The notes under the pieces are model-generated. The model was not told the DNA's origin. It did no database searches and saw only the letters and a list, made by a program, of their open reading frames with translations. A program made the position numbers and the translations under genes. 64,000 bases of DNA from a virus: the IMG/VR virus record IMGVR_UViG_3300045988_154953. One strand, written 5' to 3'. This document shows, in pieces, positions 28,295 to 37,351 of the stretch (position 1 is the stretch's first letter; each line of letters opens with the position of its first letter).

Positions 28295-29579
28295 CAGAAC
28301 CAACCTCCTCAATGTTTTCATCCTCTGATTCATCGGAAAATACAGAATATAATTGTTTTAAATCCCTTAAATTAGGTTTTGTATCTATATTTTGTTCTTC
28401 GATGTAATCTTTCAAATCTATATTTTCTTGCAACAAAATACGATTTATTTCTTTATAAGAATCACGTTCTTTTCGAAGTACTTGATTATCTTGACGCATT
28501 TCAGCAACCATATCTGACCAATCAGATTCATCCAAAGCTAATTGCTTCATTATAGACGCATCACTTATTTCCTGAACTTGCTGCATGCCTCTACAAGTTG
28601 CTATATCAAATCCGTTAACACGGCCATCTCTAAGATTTAAGTCTTTTATTTTCTTAATTTTACCTGTCCAAGTGTTTTCGCCTTTCTTAGCATTTTTATT
28701 ATTTAATAAAGAAATACAACTTTCTTTGGCCAAACTTGTAATGGTACTTGTTAATTTTTGTTTACTGTCTTGGAGAGATTTGATTGTTGCAGAATTTTTA
28801 TCAAGATTTTTGTAATCGGACATTAATTGAGCAATATTATTATCAATTTTAGAAATTTGTAAGAATCCACGAACAATAGAAATAGCAGAAGCATTACGCA
28901 TCATATCATCATTTTCATCACCACCGGCATCCAATAATCCTAATAATTGAGAATACAAAAATGGTTGATCTCCGATAGATTCATGTTCAAAAGGATCGTA
29001 TCCCAACAATCGTGTAACATCTTTTTTGTTTTTTGTGTAATCGTCATATGTATCTATTCCAGCATGTTCTTCTATAATTGTTTTTGAATCTTTTTCGTCT
29101 TCGTACACAACTTTCTCTTTAAACATGTCAGAATCTTCCCATGTCATACCAATATAATTCACCATAGCAACATTTTTTATATAGGCATTCCATGGATTAT
29201 GTTTGACTTTCCCAGCAACTAAATTTTCAGATTCTTGTACACTTGAATCCCATAAACTATATAAAAATGGTTTATTTAATAACTTAAGAGCAGCGCATAC
29301 AGAATCTTTTGTTGGTTCATGTTCTTCACCATTTTTATCTACTCTAAGTGCAATTTTTCGTACACATTCCACGCAAATTGGTGTTACACCAGTTTTATTA
29401 TTTGGATCTGTACTTACATAAAATTTTCCTTTATCTTTTAATGTATCGCAACATTGACACCTTGAACTATTTTTTAATTTCTCTAAATCTGATTTTAATT
29501 TTTCGTTTTCATATTTCAGTTGAGCAGCTGTTAATTTCTTAGGTTGCTCAGATTTTGCTGTAGCCAAATTAACAGCCAC
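28269..29579 (-). CDS. Zinc-finger/coiled-coil protein upstream of terL (small terminase role possible but unsupported)
   Basis: 436-aa ORF; CQCC...CVEC motifs; exact start uncertain (GTG abuts the RBS, TTG 4 codons downstream). Confidence 0.5.
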   Translation of the reverse strand: MAVNLATAKSEQPKKLTAAQLKYENEKLKSDLEKLKNSSRCQCCDTLKDKGKFYVSTDPNNKTGVTPICVECVRKIALRVDKNGEEHEPTKDSVCAALKLLNKPFLYSLWDSSVQESENLVAGKVKHNPWNAYIKNVAMVNYIGMTWEDSDMFKEKVVYEDEKDSKTIIEEHAGIDTYDDYTKNKKDVTRLLGYDPFEHESIGDQPFLYSQLLGLLDAGGDENDDMMRNASAISIVRGFLQISKIDNNIAQLMSDYKNLDKNSATIKSLQDSKQKLTSTITSLAKESCISLLNNKNAKKGENTWTGKIKKIKDLNLRDGRVNGFDIATCRGMQQVQEISDASIMKQLALDESDWSDMVAEMRQDNQVLRKERDSYKEINRILLQENIDLKDYIEEQNIDTKPNLRDLKQLYSVFSDESEDENIEEVGSDESDNTSI

Positions 29580-29641
29580 CTCCTTTTATTTCAATTTGAA
29601 CATCTCACCACTAAAGCCATGTGATTCTTAGTTGTAAAAAA

Positions 29642-29669
29642 AAGAACTATATCATTTGATATAGTTCTT
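29642..29669 (-). terminator. Strong intrinsic terminator at the end of the tRNA/ncRNA block
   Basis: 12-bp perfect stem AAGAACTATATC-attt-GATATAGTTCTT followed on the minus strand by eight T. Confidence 0.85.
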
Positions 29670-30668
29670 TCAGCTTATTTAGTGGACTCGAACCACGCTT
29701 ATCCCCAACGCCATACTTCATATCATATATTACAATCTGGCCATACATTTTTTCAGATACAAAGTGCAAGGATTTGAACCTTGTAAATAAGCTCTGAATC
29801 GTCATCCAGAAAAGGCGATAGAGTAGTGACGACCTACTCAGGATTAAGACCGGTATGCATCCCAGTTCGAAATCTTTGGACACGGTTTATCGCATAGAAT
29901 TGGTGGTGACGAGCCACCAAGAGATACCCATGTTGTCATCATAGGGCAGTGGGTGTGTAACCCAAGTAGAATTAAAAATATATCATCCTAAAAGTACCCA
30001 ACTCAGATGATTTACGTCCTATAGTAACGCATAGTTATCTAGGAGATGTGAATCGCTTTCCGCAATTTCTCCATACTTTTTTGTTTTTCTTTTATTTGCT
30101 AACCTTCGCACAAAATCGTTGAAAATACTAAATATACGTGTATCGGCCTAGTTCTATGCTGATCATACACCCGATACTCCTTCGCTGTCCTGGTGGGGAT
30201 CGAACCCACAACATACAGATTAACAGTCTGTCGTTCTACCATTGGACTACAGGACAATAATTTTGGTAAATAAGGTTGCACAATAATATTAATATGTACA
30301 ACCTTCACTAGCTCAAATCTGGATTACTGTACGCAGCGCCCCAGGAAAAATCTCGAAGATTTTTGTTCAGTATTTTTCACAATAATCGTAATATCCAGTT
30401 ATACTAACCGCCCCATGAGGACAGTATCAGACTCGAACTGATATCTATTATTGTTATTATTAAAAACGGCCTTTCGCCAAAATAACTGCTACTCTTATAT
30501 ACTTCGTGCACATTCGCCTCTTATGATCTTTCGGGGAAACATTAGAGTAGCAGTAAAACTATATAGTAAAATTAGATCATACTATAAGTCTATATAATAA
30601 AGCCAAACATTTTACTGCCTGTTATCCTGCACATATGGCCGACAGTATGGCGTTTAGCGATCCTCCGA
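29670..30668 (-). other. ORF-free, hairpin-rich segment containing tRNA-Asn and three T-arm-like hairpins (structured RNA candidate)
   Basis: No credible CDS across about 1 kb. T-arm-like hairpins at 29682..29696, 29767..29783 and 30426..30442. 9-nt inverted repeat 29673..29681/29784..29792. 7-bp hairpin 29900..29920. 11-bp inverted repeat 30485..30495/30544..30554. Confidence 0.45.
30185..30256 (-). tRNA. tRNA-Asn (anticodon GTT)
   Basis: Hand-folded cloverleaf: 7-bp acceptor TGTCCTG/CAGGACA, anticodon stem ACAGA/TCTGT with loop CTGTTAA, T arm GTGGG-TTCGATC-CCCAC. Confidence 0.85.
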
Positions 30669-31661
30669 TTATAAATTTTTATTAATCCATTTTTGTAAAG
30701 CTTTTACAGTTTCTTTACCCATAGATCCATCCTGAGTAACATCTAAGAATTTCTGTAATGCAATAACTGATTGTTTACCAAATAAACCATCAACTGTTGT
30801 ACCAATCTTTTTTTGTAAAGCTTTTATTAATTGACTTCCAGCTTTATAGTTAGAATCTTTGAATTTCCAACTATTTGTCTTAGCAGCTGATAAATACTTT
30901 CTATTTGAAGATGGCTGATTGCTGATAATACCATCTGCTGCCGTTTTAAAAATTTTCTGTAAAGCTTTAGTGGTATCAACACCCCATGAACCATCCACAG
31001 TAATAGATTCTTTCTTTCTCGCACTTTCAGAAGATATAGAAGAGTTAATATTAAGAGATGTTTTTTTCAAAAGAGATTCATCATTCAAATAATTAACATC
31101 TACATTTCCAGATATACCTGACACTTTACCACTTTCAGAATATTGATGGATAGCATAACCTTTATTATTTGTACCGGTATAATGAGCCATCCATTCTACA
31201 TATTTTCCACATATACTTTCATCTACAAAACGTCTTTTATAATCTGGATTATAATAAACACCAGCTTTATGTCCTTTGGATTGAATATAATCACAAAATG
31301 TTTTGGTAAATTCATTGAATAATGTTTTAGTAATAGTTATTCCATTTTTCTTTGCATAATTTACAGAGTCATATTCAAAATCATAAAAGATTGGAAGAGT
31401 AATTTTATAATTTTTAATTAGATCAATACATCCTTTTGCTTCTTCTAATGCTTGCTTCTTGTTTAGAGCATAAGAAAACCAATATATTCCAACGGGAATT
31501 CCTGCTGCAATAGCACCTTTTATATTCTGTTCAAAACAGTCGTCTTTATGTACTTGTCCATATCCAGCACGAATGATTGCAAAACTAATTCCATCATTTT
31601 TAACTTTTGTCCAGTTAATCGATTTTTGATGACTGGACACATCTATCCCTTTGATTGCCAT
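30669..31661 (-). CDS. Endolysin, GH25 muramidase with C-terminal peptidoglycan-binding repeats
   Basis: MAIKGIDVSSHQKSINW...FAIIRAGYG...GIYWFSYA GH25 signature; C-terminal DG..G..T..ALQK repeats. Confidence 0.85.
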   Translation of the reverse strand: MAIKGIDVSSHQKSINWTKVKNDGISFAIIRAGYGQVHKDDCFEQNIKGAIAAGIPVGIYWFSYALNKKQALEEAKGCIDLIKNYKITLPIFYDFEYDSVNYAKKNGITITKTLFNEFTKTFCDYIQSKGHKAGVYYNPDYKRRFVDESICGKYVEWMAHYTGTNNKGYAIHQYSESGKVSGISGNVDVNYLNDESLLKKTSLNINSSISSESARKKESITVDGSWGVDTTKALQKIFKTAADGIISNQPSSNRKYLSAAKTNSWKFKDSNYKAGSQLIKALQKKIGTTVDGLFGKQSVIALQKFLDVTQDGSMGKETVKALQKWINKNL

Positions 31662-31710
31662 AATCGAATCCTTTCCGTATAATATTCTATTTAATTTTAA
31701 TAATATTCGT

Positions 31711-32337
31711 CTATGTAGTTATACCTTTTACAGCAAGTCCTAAATTAAAAGCATTTTCTTCTTTATCTGATAAACGTATAAATTTACATTTTAACTCTTT
31801 TTCAATAATTTTTTGTCTTAATTCTTGAGATTCATATGAATATCCAGAATGATCATTTTCATCATATTCAATTGCAATTTTAAGTGATGGTATGTAATAA
31901 TCAATTCTGTAATTTAATACTTTATATTGTCTAATACCAGTTATACCAAATACTAACAAAAAATCTTCTAACATATCTAAAAAATTTATTTCTTTAACAT
32001 CGTTAATAACAATAATATCTTTTTGAGGAAATAAAAAATGTATTAGCTTTTCTTTCTTCTCTTGACTACAATTGCGAGAATTATTTACCAATGCTAATAC
32101 ACCATTTTCTGTGAGAAAATTTTCTCCAGCATTATTTATTTTTCTAAATGACAATTCATTGACATCTGAATTTTTTACTTTTACTACCTGTTTTTCGGAG
32201 AAGCCTCGAATACTACTTCTTACATCTGTAATACCAAGAATTTCACCGACATGTTTTGGATTAAACAAAACCTGTCCGTTCAATTCAAAAACTTCAACAT
32301 CATTACCTTCGAACATCATTAAATTATTATTTGTCAT
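31711..32337 (-). CDS. Bro-N domain protein with C-terminal restriction-endonuclease-like (DUF559/Vsr-type) region
   Basis: MMFEGNDVEVFELNGQVLFNPKHVGEILGI (Bro-N); C-terminal RIDYYIPSLKIAIEYDENDH; start set to ATG after GGAAGGA. Confidence 0.55.
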   Translation of the reverse strand: MTNNNLMMFEGNDVEVFELNGQVLFNPKHVGEILGITDVRSSIRGFSEKQVVKVKNSDVNELSFRKINNAGENFLTENGVLALVNNSRNCSQEKKEKLIHFLFPQKDIIVINDVKEINFLDMLEDFLLVFGITGIRQYKVLNYRIDYYIPSLKIAIEYDENDHSGYSYESQELRQKIIEKELKCKFIRLSDKEENAFNLGLAVKGITT

Positions 32338-32411
32338 ATATATCCTTCCTGTCACACTAAAGTAAGTGAACCACTAAAAATAAATTGATAGTTATTTGCC
32401 GATAACTCTAC

Positions 32412-32516
32412 ATTGTTATCTTACGTGGAATGGTCACGGCAATAACCATTCCTGAAAGGATATCATATGTATAATGATAATTTAGGATGTGTAATCATCC
32501 CACGTAAAATAACAAT
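32412..32516 (-). other. About 105-nt element bounded by 17-nt inverted repeats, copy 1 (5' of the Bro-N gene)
   Basis: attgttatcttacgtgg ... ccacgtaaaataacaat (16 of 17 complementary); internal 8-bp hairpin GGAATGGT..ACCATTCC; related architecture at 37241..37335. Confidence 0.5.
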
Positions 32517-32576
32517 TTACTTATTTTATAAAAGAAGAGAGGATAGTAACTATTTAACAATCCTCTCTAAATGTTT

Positions 32577-33461
32577 TTAATTTAAAGTTTTAATATGTGT
32601 CTTATTTTCAATTAAATGTCCATCTTTATCAAGACAAATAATCATATATCCTTCTTTTTGAGAATTAATTAATTGTCCTTCGTTGTATCTCATTTTATTT
32701 GTTTCACAACAACAACCTTGTTCATATATCATTGTATTTCCGATTTTATATGAGCCTACACGATGTGTATGAGACATTATCAATGATTTAAAATTAAAAC
32801 CTTCATTCCTAAACCAATATAAAGCTTTTTCAGCAGTTTTTAATGGGCTGCTAGCAAACGCTTTTGGATGACAGAATAGAATATCTTTATATTGTGAATA
32901 CCAAGTTCCGGTATATGTAATGTCTATATCTTCAAACACATCACATAATGAAGCATATTTAATTTTAGCTCTTGTTTTTCTATCGTAATGAGTAAAACCA
33001 TCTGTAAAAATATAATCCAATGCTGTTTCTGGCATTAATTCTTGTAATTCGTTATCAAGATTTTTAGCTAAATATGCACCTAATCGTAATTCATGATTAC
33101 CATGATTTACAAGTACTTCTTTTGGCTTTATCATTTCAATCAAATCAATGATATATTGTCTCGCTTGAATCATTTCTTCGAGTGGTGAAACTCTATATAA
33201 TTTTGAAAATTTTGATAATGACATACAATCTACTAAATCACCATTTAATTGCAGCACATCAATTTTTCCACTATATTTTTCAAATACATCTAATGGTTTA
33301 GCAAATGGAACATGTAAATCAGATATAGATAAGATAGTTGTGGTTACACCATCAAATCCATTGATATAATTATCATATTCTTCATATCCAACAGCCTGTT
33401 TCCTAAGTTGATCTGGCGTAATATTCAATCCTAGCATATCTCGAATTTCTACCCAATCCAT
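32577..33461 (-). CDS. Calcineurin-like metallophosphoesterase
   Basis: SDLHVPF, GDLVD, GNHE and SHTH motifs in canonical order; start uncertain (ATG at 33461 or TTG at 33500). Confidence 0.75.
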   Translation of the reverse strand: MDWVEIRDMLGLNITPDQLRKQAVGYEEYDNYINGFDGVTTTILSISDLHVPFAKPLDVFEKYSGKIDVLQLNGDLVDCMSLSKFSKLYRVSPLEEMIQARQYIIDLIEMIKPKEVLVNHGNHELRLGAYLAKNLDNELQELMPETALDYIFTDGFTHYDRKTRAKIKYASLCDVFEDIDITYTGTWYSQYKDILFCHPKAFASSPLKTAEKALYWFRNEGFNFKSLIMSHTHRVGSYKIGNTMIYEQGCCCETNKMRYNEGQLINSQKEGYMIICLDKDGHLIENKTHIKTLN

Positions 33462-33596
33462 ATCTGTTTCTCTACGTTTCTTCGCAAGGCAGCATCTCAA
33501 TTTCCATTCGAAATCTGTTTCATTTTCTAATCTGTGTAAATCTATAATAATATTTACCTGCTTTCCTTTTATCTCTAATTTCCTAATAAAAAAATA

Positions 33597-33618
33597 GAAG
33601 AGTAGTTGCCTACTCTTC
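33597..33618 (-). terminator. Intrinsic terminator overlapping the stop of ORF 33610..33810
   Basis: 9-bp stem GAAGAGTAG-ttgc-CTACTCTTC then TATTTTTTTATT on the minus strand. Confidence 0.7.
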
Positions 33619-33810
33619 CTCGTTCACATCAATCTCAATAAGTTCTTCTTCTTTTGTTGTGGTTGAAATATCAAAGTATTTATCACCAAATGCTTTATGT
33701 AAATATTTCTCAAGTTCAACGATTTCACCATCTTCATTTACAAGTGTATCTCCTTCAAAATGAAGTGCCTTTAAGCGACTGTCTAACTTCGTAGTTTTTT
33801 TAATTTCCAT
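33610..33810 (-). CDS. Small acidic protein
   Basis: 66-aa ORF, AAAAGGAGA RBS. Confidence 0.5.
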   Translation of the reverse strand: MEIKKTTKLDSRLKALHFEGDTLVNEDGEIVELEKYLHKAFGDKYFDISTTTKEEELIEIDVNEEE

Positions 33811-33880
33811 AGATTTTATCTCCTTTTAATTCAATTTTATTTTTATCTAATTGTTTATCTTTAGAGAATTTTACACACGA

Positions 33881-34495
33881 TTAAAAAATATCATCAAGTG
33901 TATAATCTTCACCGATGATATGATCAACGCAGCCAAGCTCTTTAGCTTCATCTGCATACATATAAAATTCTCTGTCTAAATGATCATTATAAAATGCTTC
34001 TGTCATAGAAGTATATTTTAATACATGTTGTTTAGTTCTATTATCCATATTCTCGAAGAATCGAGCAATATCTTTAAATTTACCACCAGAAGATGCAGCA
34101 GATTGTTCACCATCATGCATCAAAAAAATAGTATCTTTAAAAGATATACGTTCTTTACAAGCAATATAAATATGAAATGCCATACTTGCGACTAAACCAA
34201 TTCCAACAGCCACAATAGGTGTTTTAGATTGTTCAATGCAATTTACCATTCCACCGAAGCCAATCATCATATCTCCACCTGGACTATTCAAAATTAAAGT
34301 GATCTTACGTCTTTTGGATGGATCAATATCTTTATCTTCACGATTCCATTTCATGATATATAAAATATAATTTTCAATAACACAATCATTTACTTCATCA
34401 TTAAAAATAAGTACACGATTGCTCAAATTCTCTCTAATAACTTCATCATATAAGTCATTATTTCCTGTGCCAACTAATTGCATTAAATCTGGCAT
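33881..34495 (-). CDS. clpP: ClpP-like serine protease
   Basis: LNSPGGDMMIGFG ... GLVASMAFHI ... FLMHDGE, matching the ClpP Ser/His context. Confidence 0.8.
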   Translation of the reverse strand: MPDLMQLVGTGNNDLYDEVIRENLSNRVLIFNDEVNDCVIENYILYIMKWNREDKDIDPSKRRKITLILNSPGGDMMIGFGGMVNCIEQSKTPIVAVGIGLVASMAFHIYIACKERISFKDTIFLMHDGEQSAASSGGKFKDIARFFENMDNRTKQHVLKYTSMTEAFYNDHLDREFYMYADEAKELGCVDHIIGEDYTLDDIF

Positions 34496-34539
34496 GTATT
34501 TTCTCCTTTTAATTTCTAAGCGAATAACTCACTTCATAT

Positions 34540-35778
34540 TTAATCTAATAAATCAGCCATAGCAGCTGTTTCACTACGTTCTGTTTTCTGTAATTGAACA
34601 TACCCAAACTTCTCATGTCCAGCTAATTTCTGAACAGTTGACATCAATCCATTATTCATTCTAAAGAGAGCAGAGTCAGTCTGCTTAAAATCTCCGTTAA
34701 TCCATAACGCAGAACCTTCACCAACTCTACCAATTAATAATTGAACATGTTCTTTTGTAAGATTTTCTGCCTCGCTAACATAAATAATTGTATTTTTAAT
34801 ATCTCTACCACGGATATATCCTAAGTGTTCAACTTCAATTGTTCCTGCCATCATTTGCATCTCAAGACCAGTTTCTCCACCAAGATGATCAGCTAACGGC
34901 ATAGCATAAGGCAACAGTTTTTCAAGTTTTGACCCAGGTAAAAATCCTAATTCATTGGCATCTTTTACACCAATAGCATTACGAATATAAAGGAGTTTAT
35001 CAAATTTTCCTTCATCGATTAATTTCAACGCATTGGCAATCATTAAATAGTCTTTACCACTTCCAAATTTTCCTGAAATTACTTTGATTGTCACATCTTT
35101 ATCTTGAAGCATGTTAAACGCTAATACTTGATGTGGATTTCTAGGTTTAATCTTACCCATATAATGACTATTAATAGTTTTGTATGATACAACTACATAC
35201 TCTTCTCCATTCCATTTTCTATAATCAACAACTTCACCATCGAATTTGCGGATAATTAAATACTCATTGAGAATAGAATCATAAATATTTTCTTTAGTAT
35301 GCAAATAAAAATAACTCATTTCTTCATCAGAAAGAGTTACGTCCTTATAGCCTTTATATTCATCTATATTTTTTACTAAGTTAATCTCAGTTACACTTTT
35401 GGTTGGTAAATTAAAAACGTTGCTAGAAATAAAAGAACAATTCAAATCGTCTGTACAAACAATAATAGGAGATGTGTTTTCATTATAATAAGATGCTGCT
35501 GCCAAAATAATATTATCTGGTGTTTCATCTAAATATAAATTTTCAACAATATCCTTAATAGCTTTTGTTGTAGGAACAACTGTATACAATCCAACATGTT
35601 CTTTCAACAATCTAGCAATAGCTCGTGCTTGATATTTTACTTCGCCATCTTTTCTGGCAGAAGTTTTAATATTCTCAATTTCTTCAAGTGTTTTTTGTGA
35701 TATTACAAATGGCTCTTTAAACGCTTCCTTTTGTAAAGTTAATAGAGCATTAGTATCTAGGAATAAGGTATATTCCAA
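34540..35778 (-). CDS. phoH: PhoH-like ATPase with N-terminal PIN-like domain
   Basis: FLDTNALL (PIN-like), GKFGSGKDY P-loop, IIYVSEAENLT and INGDFKQTD PhoH blocks; TTG start 8 nt after AAAGGTGG. Confidence 0.8.
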   Translation of the reverse strand: MEYTLFLDTNALLTLQKEAFKEPFVISQKTLEEIENIKTSARKDGEVKYQARAIARLLKEHVGLYTVVPTTKAIKDIVENLYLDETPDNIILAAASYYNENTSPIIVCTDDLNCSFISSNVFNLPTKSVTEINLVKNIDEYKGYKDVTLSDEEMSYFYLHTKENIYDSILNEYLIIRKFDGEVVDYRKWNGEEYVVVSYKTINSHYMGKIKPRNPHQVLAFNMLQDKDVTIKVISGKFGSGKDYLMIANALKLIDEGKFDKLLYIRNAIGVKDANELGFLPGSKLEKLLPYAMPLADHLGGETGLEMQMMAGTIEVEHLGYIRGRDIKNTIIYVSEAENLTKEHVQLLIGRVGEGSALWINGDFKQTDSALFRMNNGLMSTVQKLAGHEKFGYVQLQKTERSETAAMADLLD

Positions 35779-35796
35779 TATGAAAACCACCTTTCA

Positions 35797-36012
35797 TTAT
35801 TTTCTTCTCTTGTTTCTACGTTCAATCACATCTAATGCTTTTCTTGCATCTTCATCAGAAGAAATCTCTAATAGTGATCTCAGATTATACTCTGATTCAC
35901 AAAGATAATAGGTGGCATGTTTAGTGTGAGTCTTACTGATACCATTTTCCTTGTATCTCACACCATATTTTTCATTTAATTTTTTTGCAATTTCTTTTGA
36001 TATCTTGATCAA
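35797..36012 (-). CDS. Hypothetical small basic protein
   Basis: 71-aa ORF with GAGGAAAG RBS. Confidence 0.5.
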   Translation of the reverse strand: MIKISKEIAKKLNEKYGVRYKENGISKTHTKHATYYLCESEYNLRSLLEISSDEDARKALDVIERRNKRRK

Positions 36013-36063
36013 AAATCTTTCCTCATTTCATTTATAAATTTCTCCAGAATAGGAGATTAGAAA

Positions 36064-36135
36064 CGGCCTCAACGGGAATCGAACCCGTCTTTCCAAAGTG
36101 ACAGTCTGGCGTACTAACCAATATACTATGAAGCC
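36064..36135 (-). tRNA. tRNA-Asp (anticodon GTC)
   Basis: Hand-folded: acceptor GGCTTCA/TGAGGCC, anticodon loop CTGTCAC, T arm ACGGG-TTCGATT-CCCGT. Confidence 0.85.
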
Positions 36136-36203
36136 ATAACTGTACTTTTTATTGGAAAAGTACAAAACCAATTAATCATGCCAAAAAATAAAAACGAAAG
36201 GAT

Positions 36204-36275
36204 AGCACCACATGGGATTCGAACCCATCTCACCTGGTTGGAAGCCAAGTATACTAACCACTATACTAGTGGTGC
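36204..36275 (-). tRNA. tRNA-Gly (anticodon TCC)
   Basis: Hand-folded: acceptor GCACCAC/GTGGTGC, anticodon loop CTTCCAA, T arm ATGGG-TTCGAAT-CCCAT. Confidence 0.85.
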
Positions 36276-36415
36276 AATAACTAGTCGCTGTTTGATTTAA
36301 TAAGGATACACTGAAGATCCTAAACTATATTTGTTCACTTACTGTAGAATTAATATAACGTTTTTATTAATAATTTGATCAATGTTAAATTTGCTGTTAG
36401 CGACTAAAATAGCAA

Positions 36416-37213
36416 CTACTGATGAGCTGCGTTAGAAAGTTTCTTTACATATCTATTTTTTAACATTTCTTCGATTTGTTTATAAGTAAAATCCATACTA
36501 ATAAGACCTGTAACGATAGTTTCCACCTCTTCAACTTTTTTTAATTCAGATTCTGTAAAACTATCTCTTAAAGCGTCATTTGTTTTAACGTTTCTTTCTA
36601 ATCTAAGAGATTTTGCATCACACCCAAAAATAATGTCATAAATCATATTAGTATAATTAGGGTAAGCAAATTTTTTATTCTTACTTTCAGGAATATATCT
36701 TGAAATAGCAGATGTCATTCGTTTTCTTTCAATAATTCCAACTTCTCTTTGAATAGCCCATGATTTTCTATCAATTTCAGTCTTTTCTTCTATATTAAGA
36801 AGATAATTTCTGATTTTGGTTGCCAATAAATTACTTGTCATCAACATACCTATTCTAAGCAAAGATCGTTTAGTTAAAATGGTAAGACTTGATGCATAAG
36901 ATAGGCTAGGTTCATTTGAACCTGACCCCAATTCTTCCTTAAATTTCTTCAATTCTTGCCCTTTAAGTACAACCATACCATCTTCTTCGAATTCATCTCT
37001 ATTTCTCTTAATTAGAGTCTTCACAGTATCCATACTGCATTCATAATAATTAGCAGCTTGTTGTACAGTTACAATCATGTCATCTGTCAAATAAGGTATA
37101 ACCTTTATTTTGTCAAGAAAATCATAGGATATATTATTTAATGTTTCATTTCTTAACGTTTTACTTTCCGTATAAATTAGTTCTTTGTCATTTTGATTTT
37201 TCATATTTTTCAT
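36416..37213 (-). CDS. ORF6N/KilA-N-superfamily DNA-binding protein (antirepressor-like)
   Basis: VTVQQAANYYECSMDTVKTLIKRNRDEFEEDGMVVLKGQELKKF matches the ORF6N pattern (..RN..RF.ED....L...E). Confidence 0.55.
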   Translation of the reverse strand: MKNMKNQNDKELIYTESKTLRNETLNNISYDFLDKIKVIPYLTDDMIVTVQQAANYYECSMDTVKTLIKRNRDEFEEDGMVVLKGQELKKFKEELGSGSNEPSLSYASSLTILTKRSLLRIGMLMTSNLLATKIRNYLLNIEEKTEIDRKSWAIQREVGIIERKRMTSAISRYIPESKNKKFAYPNYTNMIYDIIFGCDAKSLRLERNVKTNDALRDSFTESELKKVEEVETIVTGLISMDFTYKQIEEMLKNRYVKKLSNAAHQ

Positions 37214-37240
37214 GAAAGAATCCTCCTTTATAAAATATTT

Positions 37241-37335
37241 ATCATTGCTTTATGTGGAGCGACTGCGGTAACAATCGTTCCATAAAAAAGTTTATTTTAT
37301 GAACTATGGGTGATCACCCCACATAAAACAATGAT
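37241..37335 (-). other. About 95-nt element bounded by 17-nt inverted repeats, copy 2 (5' of the ORF6N gene)
   Basis: atcattgctttatgtgg ... ccacataaaacaatgat (16 of 17); internal hairpins GGAGCGA..TCGTTCC and GTTCCATAAAA..TTTTATGAAC. Confidence 0.5.
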
Positions 37336-37351
37336 TTATTTTAAAAATTAA

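Noticed and set aside
29673-29792. Attempt to fold the T-arm-like hairpins (also 30426..30442) into complete tRNAs
   Set aside because: Acceptor stems could only be closed by spanning about 118-120 nt, and no 5-bp/7-nt anticodon stem-loop could be placed. They are kept only as tRNA-like fragments pending tRNAscan-SE or ARAGORN.
29647-30308. Minus-strand ORFs 29647..29883 and 30099..30308
   Set aside because: The first spans the T-arm-like hairpins and the second overlaps the hand-folded tRNA-Asn. Neither has a Shine-Dalgarno sequence.
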